This document shows positions 55,154-63,048 of a stretch of 64,000 nt of DNA, piece after piece. The notes under the pieces are model-generated. The model made no database searches. It was not told the origin of the DNA and saw nothing but the letters and a program-made list of their open reading frames with translations. The translations under genes were made by a program, and so were the position numbers. Source of the DNA: Elusimicrobiales bacterium (GTDB lineage Bacteria; Elusimicrobiota; Elusimicrobia; Elusimicrobiales; UBA9959); contig JBAYJD010000002.1 of assembly GCA_041665305.1 (NCBI GenBank), positions 10,068 through 74,067 on the forward strand. Reading direction: 5' to 3'. Every line of letters begins with the position of its first letter. Within the stretch, counting starts at the first letter, position 1.

Positions 55154-56368
55154 TCACGGATAGAGCCGGGTCTGATATTTCGGCGTGGGATCGGGCCACA
55201 CGCAATTGTTGCCGGAGGTCAATTGGGGGCACTGGCTGGCCACCAGGGCATGCACGCAGGGGCGCCCCGTTTCCTGGCAGGCCGCCTTGCCTTTGAAATC
55301 GACGCCGAAATAATTGGAAGGCGCGTTCCAGCCCTGGTAAACATGATAACCCGGGTTACCCACGGTCTTCAAAGCGCCGTCGCTGAAGGTGGCCAGCTGG
55401 AAAAGCCCCGGGGCGGGCATCTGCAGCGGAGGATTGGTCTTACCCAGAAAATACGGCGGCAGGCCCGACTGCGGCACCTTGGCGTGGAAAATTATTTTAT
55501 CCACATACCACATGAACATGCCTGCGCCGCGGGTGATCCTGTTGGCCCGGAAACCCCCGGGGCTCCTGACGCCGTCTTCGCCGCAGAGCGCCGGATTATC
55601 CACGCATTCCTGCGTATTGGCGTTCAGGTAATATGATTTCCTGAAAAAATTAAAATTCTCGGTAAGCCGCTCGAACACCGTCATCTGGGATTCCTCCACC
55701 GCGCCCAGCATGGTGTAAACCTGGGCGTAGAACTTATAGATGCCTATGGCCGGGTCCCAGAAAATATAGATCTTGATGCCCTGGTCGGCGTTTATCAGCA
55801 TCAGGGTATCCTCGGGAGCGGGGGGGTTTTTGTTCATCTGGGGCCGGACGGCCTCGTTAAAAGCGATCTCCCACTTGGATTTATTGTCCAGCGGGGTGGC
55901 GTCCTTGAACTCCTCGTCGTCCTTGTATTTCGGGATGTCGCCCGCGTCGTAAAGCATCTTATAGGTGCAGACCGTGCCCGTCTCGTCGGTCTTTTTCATG
56001 CAGTTTTCTTCCGTCCCCGTGGTACACCCCGCCGTGCATTCATAGGCTTCCTTGAAGATCCTGTACGGGAACGCGCCGTTGACATAAGCCGTGCGGTTAA
56101 GGATGTTGGTATAGTCTCCCATCTGGATGAAGGCCGCCGAATCCAGCGCGAACTGCTGGCGGATCTTTTCCCTGGAGATCTTAGTGGTCTCGAACAGGAG
56201 GTAGATAAAAAGCATGAGCGACGGGATGATAAGGATGGAAGGGATCAGGATCTGCCCCCGCCTGCGGCCGGGGCGGATCGGGTCGGGCGACGAACAGGCA
56301 AAAGAAAAGAACGAAGCGGCGGTATGCCGCCTCCAGGTCTTCTCAACGAGTCCCCTGTATCCCGCCAT
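55154..56368 (-). CDS. Large TadG/TadE-N-like pseudopilin-like protein, Cys-rich
   Basis: The N-terminus ..RPGRRRGQILIPSILIIPSLMLFIYLLFETTK resembles the Tad_N/TadG pattern (RRG plus a hydrophobic helix). About 340 aa of Cys-containing extracytoplasmic sequence follow. ATG 56368 is preceded by ggagagaagaat; the track's GTG 56386 is the alternative. Confidence 0.5.
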   Translation of the reverse strand: MAGYRGLVEKTWRRHTAASFFSFACSSPDPIRPGRRRGQILIPSILIIPSLMLFIYLLFETTKISREKIRQQFALDSAAFIQMGDYTNILNRTAYVNGAFPYRIFKEAYECTAGCTTGTEENCMKKTDETGTVCTYKMLYDAGDIPKYKDDEEFKDATPLDNKSKWEIAFNEAVRPQMNKNPPAPEDTLMLINADQGIKIYIFWDPAIGIYKFYAQVYTMLGAVEESQMTVFERLTENFNFFRKSYYLNANTQECVDNPALCGEDGVRSPGGFRANRITRGAGMFMWYVDKIIFHAKVPQSGLPPYFLGKTNPPLQMPAPGLFQLATFSDGALKTVGNPGYHVYQGWNAPSNYFGVDFKGKAACQETGRPCVHALVASQCPQLTSGNNCVWPDPTPKYQTRLYP

Positions 56369-56417
56369 ATTCTTCTCTCCGCCCACGCCCCGCGGGCCTG
56401 TCGCCGGCGCTCCGCCG

Positions 56418-56660
56418 TTACGGCGCCGCCGCCGGTTTACTGGAGCCTATCACCATCCCGACCAGGCTGAACATTCCGCCAAGAAGTTTTTTATGGAAAA
56501 GTATGCCGACTATCAGCGTAAGCCCCACCACCACGGACAGCATAAGAAGATACTCGACGGTGGTCTGCCCTTTGCGTCCCGGCCGGAAAGGACGCCCGGA
56601 AAGCCATAAGCCATAGGCCATAGGCTTTAAAAAATATAAAAAGCCGATCGCAGAATTCAT
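56418..56660 (-). CDS. flp: Flp-family (Tad/type IVc) prepilin
   Basis: 80 aa: MNSAIGFLYFLKPMAYGLWLSGRPFRPGRKG/QTTVEYLLMLSVVVGLTLIVGILF.. The G/xTxVEY processing motif followed by a hydrophobic helix is the Flp hallmark (compare G/ATAIEYGLI). An RBS, aggggatataaATG, is present. Confidence 0.7.
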   Translation of the reverse strand: MNSAIGFLYFLKPMAYGLWLSGRPFRPGRKGQTTVEYLLMLSVVVGLTLIVGILFHKKLLGGMFSLVGMVIGSSKPAAAP

Positions 56661-56676
56661 TTATATCCCCTGCTAT

Positions 56677-56705
56677 GTTATACCACCTAAACCGGACGCT
56701 TTCAA
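56677..56705 (-). promoter_or_regulatory. Candidate sigma70 promoter for the flp-like gene
   Basis: Minus strand: TTGAAA (56705-56700), a 17-nt spacer, then TATAAC (56682-56677), about 17 nt before the ATG region. Confidence 0.5.
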
Positions 56706-56752
56706 GGCCCCGGGAAAATATCCTACCTTTCCGATGTTGCCCAATTATTAAA

Positions 56753-56779
56753 ATAAAATGTCGTAAGACGACATTTTAT
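56753..56779. promoter_or_regulatory. Perfect 12-bp inverted repeat (ataaaatgtcgt-aag-acgacattttat) upstream of the flp promoter
   Basis: Seen directly in the sequence. It sits about 50 nt upstream of the -35 box, between the RR terminator and the flp promoter. It could be an operator or an RNA hairpin. Confidence 0.4.
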
Positions 56780-56792
56780 CGTCCGGCGCCGG

Positions 56793-56828
56793 AAAAAAGA
56801 AAAAACAACCCCGCCCTGAAGGGCGGGG
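56793..56828 (-). terminator. Rho-independent terminator after the NarL-type RR gene
   Basis: The minus-strand RNA reads CCCCGCCC-uuca-GGGCGGGG followed by UUGUUUUUUCUUUUUU. The stem arms are 56821-28 and 56809-16. Confidence 0.75.
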
Positions 56829-56863
56829 CAGTAAAAATTTTTGCGGCAAAAATTTTTAATCAC
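56819..56863. repeat. 45-bp A5T5-GCGGC-A5T5 element, copy 2
   Basis: aagggcggggcagtaaaaatttttgcggcaaaaatttttaatcac. It overlaps the RR stop codon (56860-62) and one arm of its terminator. Confidence 0.7.
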
Positions 56864-57531
56864 TGACCTTCGTGCGAGATAAGGCCCTTTTCCAGAGCCT
56901 TCACCACGGCTTCGGTCCTGTTGTTGACGGCGAGTTTCTGGAAAATGCTGTTGAGATGATTTTTAACGGTCTTTACGCTGCATTCGAGCGCGGTGGCGAT
57001 CTCCTTGTTGGAGTTGCCTTTGCCCAGCAGGGACATGACCCTGATCTCGGTGGAGGTCAGGGAATCGGGAGCGTTCTCGTAGCCGGGCTGCCCCATCTGC
57101 CTTAAACCCTGGATCAGCTTGCCCATGATGGGCTGGGGGATCATAACGCCGTCGGTGGTAAAGGTCTTGAGGGCGTGCACGAGCTCGGAAGCGGGCAGCA
57201 TTTTTGAAAGATAGCCGTTGGCCCCGGCCTGGATGGCGTCGGTCACATGCGCTTCGTCCTCGTAACTGGAGAGGATCAGGACATTAGTATTGGGGCATTC
57301 TTTTCTGATGATCCGGGTGGCTGAAACGCCGTCCATCTGGGGAAGCTTTATGTCCATAAGGATCACATCAGGCTTGAGTTTCCTGGCCATGGCGACGACT
57401 TCCGGGCCATTGGAGGCTTCGCCCACCACGACGATGCCTTTCTCATCTTCCAGCAGGTCCTTGATACCTTCCCTGAAAAGGGTCTGGTCGTCCGCGATCA
57501 AAACCGACACTGTTTTTTTGGGGGTGGCCAT
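56860..57531 (-). CDS. NarL/FixJ-family response regulator (REC + LuxR-type HTH)
   Basis: 223 aa. Receiver landmarks are VLIADDQ, VILMDIKLPQMDG and LILSSY. The C-terminal HTH is LTSTEIRVMSLLGKGNSNKEIATALECSVKTVKNHLNSIFQKL. An RBS, AGGAG, lies 6 nt before the ATG. Confidence 0.9.
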   Translation of the reverse strand: MATPKKTVSVLIADDQTLFREGIKDLLEDEKGIVVVGEASNGPEVVAMARKLKPDVILMDIKLPQMDGVSATRIIRKECPNTNVLILSSYEDEAHVTDAIQAGANGYLSKMLPASELVHALKTFTTDGVMIPQPIMGKLIQGLRQMGQPGYENAPDSLTSTEIRVMSLLGKGNSNKEIATALECSVKTVKNHLNSIFQKLAVNNRTEAVVKALEKGLISHEGQ

Positions 57532-57568
57532 TCTAAGCTCCTTATTTTATATCTCCGCGCTATCTAAG

Positions 57569-57597
57569 ATTATACCTGATTATACGACGCTTGTTAA
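57569..57597 (-). promoter_or_regulatory. Candidate sigma70 promoter for the NarL-type RR
   Basis: Minus strand: TTAACA (57597-57592), a 17-nt spacer, then TATAAT (57574-57569). A second TATAAT lies at 57584-57579. Confidence 0.55.
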
Positions 57598-57603
57598 AAT
57601 AAT

Positions 57604-58767
57604 TTACACCGGGCTTTCCGGTCCGGCCGAAGCGGCGCCGGGCGGCGGCTCCTTGGCGAACGGAATTGTGAATTTAAAAGAGGAGCCCTTGCCCGCGCCT
57701 TCAGACTCCACCCAGATCCGGCCTTCGTGGTTGTGGATGATCTCCTTTGAGATCGAAAGGCCGAGGCCCAGCCGCCCGTGCGGAGATTTGCCGCCGGCCG
57801 GCTGATAGAAGCTTTGGAAAAGCTTGGTCAGTTCCGCCGGATCTATGCCTTCGCCGGTATCTTTTACGGATACGCAGACCGAGTCTTCAAGGCGTTCCAC
57901 AAAAACCATTATACTGCCGCCTCTCGAGGTGTGCCGGATCGCGTTCTCAAGCAGGTTCATCAGGACCTGGCTGATCCTGCGCTTATCCGCGCACACCATT
58001 TTAAGCCCTTCCTTATTGATCCTTGCGTCTATGGAAATATTCTTCTGCTGGGCCCTGGCCTTCGGCCCCACGATGATCTCGTCCACCATTTTATCCATCT
58101 CAAAATAATTCTTTTCCATGCGCAGCTTGCCCTGCTCGATGGAAGCCCAGTCCACCAGGTCGCCTATAAGACGGGAGATCTGGGAGATGCTGGTATTGAT
58201 GAAGGTCATCTTCTTGCCCTGGTCGTCGTTGGGCGTGATGGTGGCGGCGAGCATCTCGAAACTGATCTGCAGGGTCATCAGGGCGTTAGAGAGATCGTGC
58301 GAGGCCATGGACATGAATTTGGATTTCATCCCGTTCAAACGGTCCAGTTCCTCGTTGTTATGCTTGAGCATGTCGATGAGGCGCTTGTTTTCCTGTTCCA
58401 GGAAAAGCTTCTCCTCGGCTTTCTTGATGGCGCGGCGCAGATAATTGAAATCCACCGGCTTTATCAGGAAATCGTAAACCGACTCCTGGATGGCTTTGAC
58501 CGCGGTGTCGAGCGAAGCGTGGGCGGTCATCATCAGGATCTGGCTGTCGGTATTGAGTTTGCGTATGTCCTTTATAACTTCGATGCCGGTCTTGTCGGTG
58601 AGGTTGAAGTCCATCAGGATGATATGGTAAAAATCGGAAACGACCCGTTTCATGGCTTCGGCGCCGGAACCGGCCTCGAATACCTTATAGCCTTCCATCT
58701 CCAGCAGGTCGCGCAGGGTTTCCCGCAGATGTGCGTCGTCGTCGACTATCAGGATCTTGCTTTCCAT
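57604..58767 (-). CDS. Soluble hybrid REC-HisKA-HATPase histidine kinase
   Basis: 387 aa. The N-terminal receiver shows ILIVDDDAHL, IILMDFNLTDKTG, MMTAH and LIKPV. The H-box is FMSMASHDLSNAL. The ATPase motifs are NLLENAIRHT, DTGEGI and GLGLSISKEII. Confidence 0.9.
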   Translation of the reverse strand: MESKILIVDDDAHLRETLRDLLEMEGYKVFEAGSGAEAMKRVVSDFYHIILMDFNLTDKTGIEVIKDIRKLNTDSQILMMTAHASLDTAVKAIQESVYDFLIKPVDFNYLRRAIKKAEEKLFLEQENKRLIDMLKHNNEELDRLNGMKSKFMSMASHDLSNALMTLQISFEMLAATITPNDDQGKKMTFINTSISQISRLIGDLVDWASIEQGKLRMEKNYFEMDKMVDEIIVGPKARAQQKNISIDARINKEGLKMVCADKRRISQVLMNLLENAIRHTSRGGSIMVFVERLEDSVCVSVKDTGEGIDPAELTKLFQSFYQPAGGKSPHGRLGLGLSISKEIIHNHEGRIWVESEGAGKGSSFKFTIPFAKEPPPGAASAGPESPV

Positions 58768-58869
58768 AGGGGCGGCTGCGGGTCGAAGGGTAATGAACGC
58801 CGGAACTTTTTAACTCCCTGGCTTCCGGCTTTACCGGACTCCCCGACTCCCGAATGCACCGTTACATTC

Positions 58870-60750
58870 TCACTTATTTTGGTTATTGGACACAAGTGGG
58901 AGGAACAGCTTAAAGCAGGTGCCTTGGCCCACCACGCTGGAAACTTCGACGCGCCCCTTATGCCGGTCGGTTATTTTTTTAACCACCGCAAGCCCCAGGC
59001 CGGTGCCCCGGGCTTTTGTCGTGAAGAAAGGCGCGAAGATCTTTTCCAGGGTCTCTTTCGGAATGCCGGGGCCGGCGTCCTCCACATCGATGCGGACCGC
59101 CTCGCCCGTCACCTCGGTGCGCACGGAGATCCTGCCCCGTTCGGGCATGACCTCGATGCCGTTCTTTATAAGGTTCCTGACGGCCTGCGTCATCTCGTCG
59201 GTATCGATGTTGACCGTGGGATTTTCCGGAGCCAATCTTTTTACCAGTTCGATATGCGGCGGGAACGGGAAGGACATAAGCAGGTCCTCCATGTACGCGT
59301 TCAGGTGCGTCAGCTTGGGATTAAGCTCGCGCGTGCGGGCGAAACCCAGGATCTCGTCGATAATGCCGTTGGCCTGGCGGATCTCAGATTCGATGATGGA
59401 GATGTGCTTGGCCACCTTCGGATCCAGGGGCGTGGCGGCGGCGTTCACTTTGGTCTTTATGAAATAGATGGAGTTGTTGATCACGGCCAGCGGATTCCTG
59501 ATCTCGTGGCCTACGACGGAGGCCATCTGGCCTATGGCGGCGAGCCGCTCTTTTTTGATAAGTTCGTCCTGTGCGGACTTAAGCTCCCTGGTGCGCGCTT
59601 CGACGCGGTTCTCAAGGCTGCGGTTGAGCTTTTCCAGCTCTTCCTTGGCCGACATGATCTCAGCGGTCTTCACCTTCAGGGATTCGCTCATCTGCATGAA
59701 GGTGTGGGCCAGTTCGCCTATTTCGTCGTTGGGCATGCTGAGGTCGGGCAGGTAATCGAAATCCCCCTCGCCCAGCTTGATGGCGGCTTCGCGCAGCGCC
59801 TGGATGGGCTGCGTTATGACCAGCGACACGGCGTAACCCAGGAAAAGGACGAACACGGTGACAAGAAGCATCATGCGCCAGGTGCGCTGAAGCATCTCGT
59901 TCGAGGCCTGGTAAGCCACGGAGACCGAGCGCTGGATGTAAACCACCCACCCCAGGTCGGAAACCTCCGCGAAAGCGCCCAGAACCTTCTCCCCGGTATC
60001 CAGGATTATCTCCCCCCCTCCGGTCTTGGCGTCGTTCTGGAGAAGGATCTTAAGGATATCCTCCGGCAGTTTGGCGTCCGGTTTGTAGATCTCCTTAAGA
60101 TTGGAGTGCGCTATCAGGAAACCGTTGGAATCTATCACCGCCGCCTGCGTATGGGTGGCCTCGGGGAAACCGGTCTTCAGGATGCTGGAAAGGCCGGTGA
60201 GGCTCATTTTGGCGATCAGCACCCCCATCCCCTGGTTCGTGGTGGAACTGACGATCTGCACGCCCATGGTTATGGCCGGATAGGACCCCATGTACTTCTC
60301 AAGCCCGCCTACGAACTCGCCGGTCTTCATAACCTTGCCGAACAGGACATCGTTGGAAAAATCGCGCAATTTCGTATCGCGCACGAAACGGCCCACGCGC
60401 ACGGTCTCGTGCCCGCCGGCGTTGATGACGGAAAGCTCAAGGAACGGGGCGTGCAGCTGCATGATATGGTTGATCAGGGCCTGCTGCTTGCCCGCGTTCA
60501 TGGAGGCGAAATCCTCCAGATGGGCCGCGTCGAAAAGGACATTGCGGAAGTTGGTGATGTAGCTGGAAACGGTGTCCGAGAAACCCACGGCCAGGGCCTC
60601 CTGGTCGCGGGAAATGGCCCTGTTAAGCGTCACCTGGCTCAGGGTCAGGAGGTAATACCCCACTATGCCGAGCGGCACGAGCGAAACGATAAGGAACACG
60701 AAAAGGAATTTGTAAAAAAGTCTTCCGCGTTTTTTGGGAGCTTCGGTCAT
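58870..60750 (-). CDS. Membrane sensor histidine kinase (TM, ~270-aa extracytoplasmic domain, TM, HAMP, HisKA, HATPase)
   Basis: 626 aa. The TM segments are FLFVFLIVSLVPLGIVGYYLL and MMLLVTVFVLFLGYAVSLVI. HAMP is ITQPIQALREAAIKLGEGDF...IGELAHTFMQM. The H-box is VGHEIRNPL. The ATPase motifs are NLIKNGIE, DAGPGIP and GTGLGLAVV. Confidence 0.9.
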   Translation of the reverse strand: MTEAPKKRGRLFYKFLFVFLIVSLVPLGIVGYYLLTLSQVTLNRAISRDQEALAVGFSDTVSSYITNFRNVLFDAAHLEDFASMNAGKQQALINHIMQLHAPFLELSVINAGGHETVRVGRFVRDTKLRDFSNDVLFGKVMKTGEFVGGLEKYMGSYPAITMGVQIVSSTTNQGMGVLIAKMSLTGLSSILKTGFPEATHTQAAVIDSNGFLIAHSNLKEIYKPDAKLPEDILKILLQNDAKTGGGEIILDTGEKVLGAFAEVSDLGWVVYIQRSVSVAYQASNEMLQRTWRMMLLVTVFVLFLGYAVSLVITQPIQALREAAIKLGEGDFDYLPDLSMPNDEIGELAHTFMQMSESLKVKTAEIMSAKEELEKLNRSLENRVEARTRELKSAQDELIKKERLAAIGQMASVVGHEIRNPLAVINNSIYFIKTKVNAAATPLDPKVAKHISIIESEIRQANGIIDEILGFARTRELNPKLTHLNAYMEDLLMSFPFPPHIELVKRLAPENPTVNIDTDEMTQAVRNLIKNGIEVMPERGRISVRTEVTGEAVRIDVEDAGPGIPKETLEKIFAPFFTTKARGTGLGLAVVKKITDRHKGRVEVSSVVGQGTCFKLFLPLVSNNQNK

Positions 60751-60818
60751 AAGATCAGGCGACGATTAAAGAATAAAGTGCGCGGCGCAAAGAGCGAACC
60801 CGGATAGAACGGGAGCCG

Positions 60819-60827
60819 CCCCCCCCC
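60819..60827. repeat. C9 (G9 on the coding strand) homopolymer in the intergenic region upstream of the sensor kinase
   Basis: Nine consecutive C residues at 60819-60827, about 70 nt upstream of the kinase ATG (60750). Confidence 0.9.
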
Positions 60828-60978
60828 GCCCGCGGATATATTGTAACAGGCCGGTGTTGCTGAAATATTGCGGGCGGCTGCGCGGCCGCCCGGCGGGCAC
60901 GACGACCGAGCCGTACCCTGTCTCACCGGCAGCCGCGCTGTTCGGCCTGTTACGCTTCGCTCTTTGCGTTTACACCCG

Positions 60979-62511
60979 TTATTTCGCGCAGCCGGCGCCG
61001 GTCGAGCCCTGGGCTTTGACATTCTCAAAACCCGGGACCTTGGCCAGTTCGCCCATGCCCACCACGAACAGCCTGCCTTCCCACAGGAAGGAAGGAGAAG
61101 TGGTCATGCCGAGAGCGGCGGTGTATTTAAAATCTTCCGCCAGCAGGGCTTTCCCGTCCTCGAACCCGGCGGTCACCGCCTTGGGGTCCAACCCCGCCTT
61201 TTTAGCCGCCTCTTCCCATTGCGTGGAAGAAACATCCCTGTTCCTCTCAAGGAGGTAGGCGTTAAACTTGGCCGGGAACTTTTGGGCGATCACGAGCTGC
61301 CTGACATCCTCTTCCCACTCGGGCGTACCGTGCAGGCTTTTGAACGTGTATTGTCCGTCCGCGCCTTTCTCGGAGTCGCCTATATAATGGATCTGCACTT
61401 TCGTGCCCGCGGGCAGCAGCTTCTTATTGACCGCGTCCAGAAGGCCGTTCTCGGCCGTCACGCCGTAAGGGCACTGGGACATGACGAACAGCTTCAGAAC
61501 GCCAGGCTCCGGTTTGGCGGCGGCATACAGGCCTTTGCGCTGCTTGTCGAAGTAAACCAGATAGCCTTTGCGTTCCGTGAAGATGCCCGCCTTGATCTCG
61601 GCTTCCAGAACGGTCCGGACATCCTTATTATCCTCTATGACATAGGCCGGCAGAAAGTCGAGATCGGGGAAATTTTTCAGGCGTTCCGGGGAATCATAAT
61701 CCAGGACCGCCGGCTTTATGCCGGAAAAATATCTGCTGAACGCGTCCACCAGACCGTTGTTCTTCTCCACGCCGGAACTAAGCACGATCCAGAACTTGGG
61801 CGCCGGAACCTTGGCCGCCGCCGGAACCTCGGCCGTTTTTGGCAGGGCCACGCGCTTAGCCTGCGGCAGCAGCTCGTTGACGGCGGAAAAAAAGGCCAGC
61901 AATTTGGCGCCGCCGGCGTAAGGTTTACCGTTCAACAGGACCACGGTGCCGGTAACATCCGCCTTCTTTACGCGGTCATAAACCTTATTCATCAGTTCCC
62001 GGCCGTTCTTGGCCGTTCTGGTTTCGAATTCCTGCACCGGGATGCCGCTGAAAATAGCGGCGTCGCGCCAGCCGTCGGCCCAAGGGCTCAAGGACCTGGC
62101 GTTAAGATAACTCGACAGTTTGTCGCCGTAGAATTTGGACACCACGGCTATACGCATGGACTCGTCTATCTCGGCCTGGCCTCGTTTAGATTCCCATTCG
62201 CCCTTGTCGTTCTTGGAGAGCAGGGGGTACACCTGCAGCTCCACGGCGGAAGGCAGCCGCCGCCGCACGGCGTCGCCCAGGAAGAACCACTGCCAGCCCG
62301 CGCCGTCCATGCTTTCAAAAAAAACTTCCAGCTTCACCCGGCCCGTTTGTCCGTGTCCGGGCGTTATGGCGGCCGCGGCGGCGGGACCGGCTTTTCCGGC
62401 CTGCGCGCCGCCCTCGGCCTGGGCCGCGGACAGCCGGCCGAAGGAAGAAATACCAAGGACCAGAGCCAGCGTCCTTATGATAGTCGTTTTTGCGTTTTTC
62501 ATATGCCTCAT
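60979..62511 (-). CDS. Secreted protein with two tandem DsbA/thioredoxin-like domains (first degenerate, second with a single-Cys CPYG motif)
   Basis: The preferred start is ATG 62511, preceded by ggagagcaata, which gives the signal peptide MRHMKNAKTTIIRTLALVLGISSFGRLSAAQA. The second half reads LKLFVMSQCPYGV (CPYG at 61462-61473) ... GMTTSPSFLWEGRLF (cis-Pro-loop-like). The first half is parallel but reads LEVFFESMDGAGW ... VTGTVVLLNGKPY, with no Cys and no Pro. Confidence 0.6.
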   Translation of the reverse strand: MRHMKNAKTTIIRTLALVLGISSFGRLSAAQAEGGAQAGKAGPAAAAAITPGHGQTGRVKLEVFFESMDGAGWQWFFLGDAVRRRLPSAVELQVYPLLSKNDKGEWESKRGQAEIDESMRIAVVSKFYGDKLSSYLNARSLSPWADGWRDAAIFSGIPVQEFETRTAKNGRELMNKVYDRVKKADVTGTVVLLNGKPYAGGAKLLAFFSAVNELLPQAKRVALPKTAEVPAAAKVPAPKFWIVLSSGVEKNNGLVDAFSRYFSGIKPAVLDYDSPERLKNFPDLDFLPAYVIEDNKDVRTVLEAEIKAGIFTERKGYLVYFDKQRKGLYAAAKPEPGVLKLFVMSQCPYGVTAENGLLDAVNKKLLPAGTKVQIHYIGDSEKGADGQYTFKSLHGTPEWEEDVRQLVIAQKFPAKFNAYLLERNRDVSSTQWEEAAKKAGLDPKAVTAGFEDGKALLAEDFKYTAALGMTTSPSFLWEGRLFVVGMGELAKVPGFENVKAQGSTGAGCAK

Positions 62512-62567
62512 TATTGCTCTCCGGTTTTTAGATGCCGCTTGGGAACGCCTAACGCGCTGAAGGGGCG

Positions 62568-62945
62568 TTATTTGCCTTTCCTCTTTAAAAGCTGGCGAAT
62601 GCGCAGGCACAGTTCCTGGATATCGAAAGGTTTGGTCAGATATTCATCCGCGCCGAGAGAAAAACCCTGCGTTTTTTCTTCTGCGGACAGGAAGCGGCCC
62701 GTCATCATGATAAGGATGAAGTCCTTGGAATGGCGTCTCAGCTCCTGACAGATCTGAAAACCGCTGGAATCCGGAAGCTGGATATCCATGATCACCACAT
62801 CGGGACCGTGTTTCTTGGCCGCATCGATGCCGGCTTTGGCGTTGCCGGCTTCGAGGCAGACAAAGCCTTCGAGGTCAAGGACCTCGGCGAGGCTTTCCCT
62901 CAGGTGCGCGTCGTCGTCGATTACCAGGATCTTTTGTGCGGCCAT
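62568..62945 (-). CDS. CheY-like single-domain response regulator
   Basis: 125 aa with canonical receiver residues: ILVIDDDAHL, VVIMDIQLPDSSG, IMMTG and LTKPF. Confidence 0.9.
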   Translation of the reverse strand: MAAQKILVIDDDAHLRESLAEVLDLEGFVCLEAGNAKAGIDAAKKHGPDVVIMDIQLPDSSGFQICQELRRHSKDFILIMMTGRFLSAEEKTQGFSLGADEYLTKPFDIQELCLRIRQLLKRKGK

Positions 62946-63048
62946 AATGTAAAACCTCCGTAATTCAGCAGGGTAAAGGGTCCGGGGTGAAGGGCCCGGG
63001 GAAGGAATTCCTTAACGACCTCCCCTTGAACCCCTCGCACCCGCGCCC

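Noticed and set aside
52465-55636. Plus-strand ORFs 52465..52896, 52947..53498, 53476..53943, 53703..54356, 54444..55163 and 55115..55636, plus alternative-frame minus ORFs 52425..52811 and 52835..53086
   Set aside because: They overlap better-supported minus-strand genes (S41-like, membrane protein, TadE/TadG-like) and have shadow-frame composition.
57778-60807. Plus-strand ORF of 1009 aa
   Set aside because: It is antisense to two clearly recognisable histidine kinase genes with H-box and N/G-box motifs on the minus strand, and its composition is again Gly/Arg/His-rich.
60868-62748. Plus-strand ORF of 626 aa
   Set aside because: It is antisense to the thioredoxin-like gene and the CheY-like RR, and it has no motifs.
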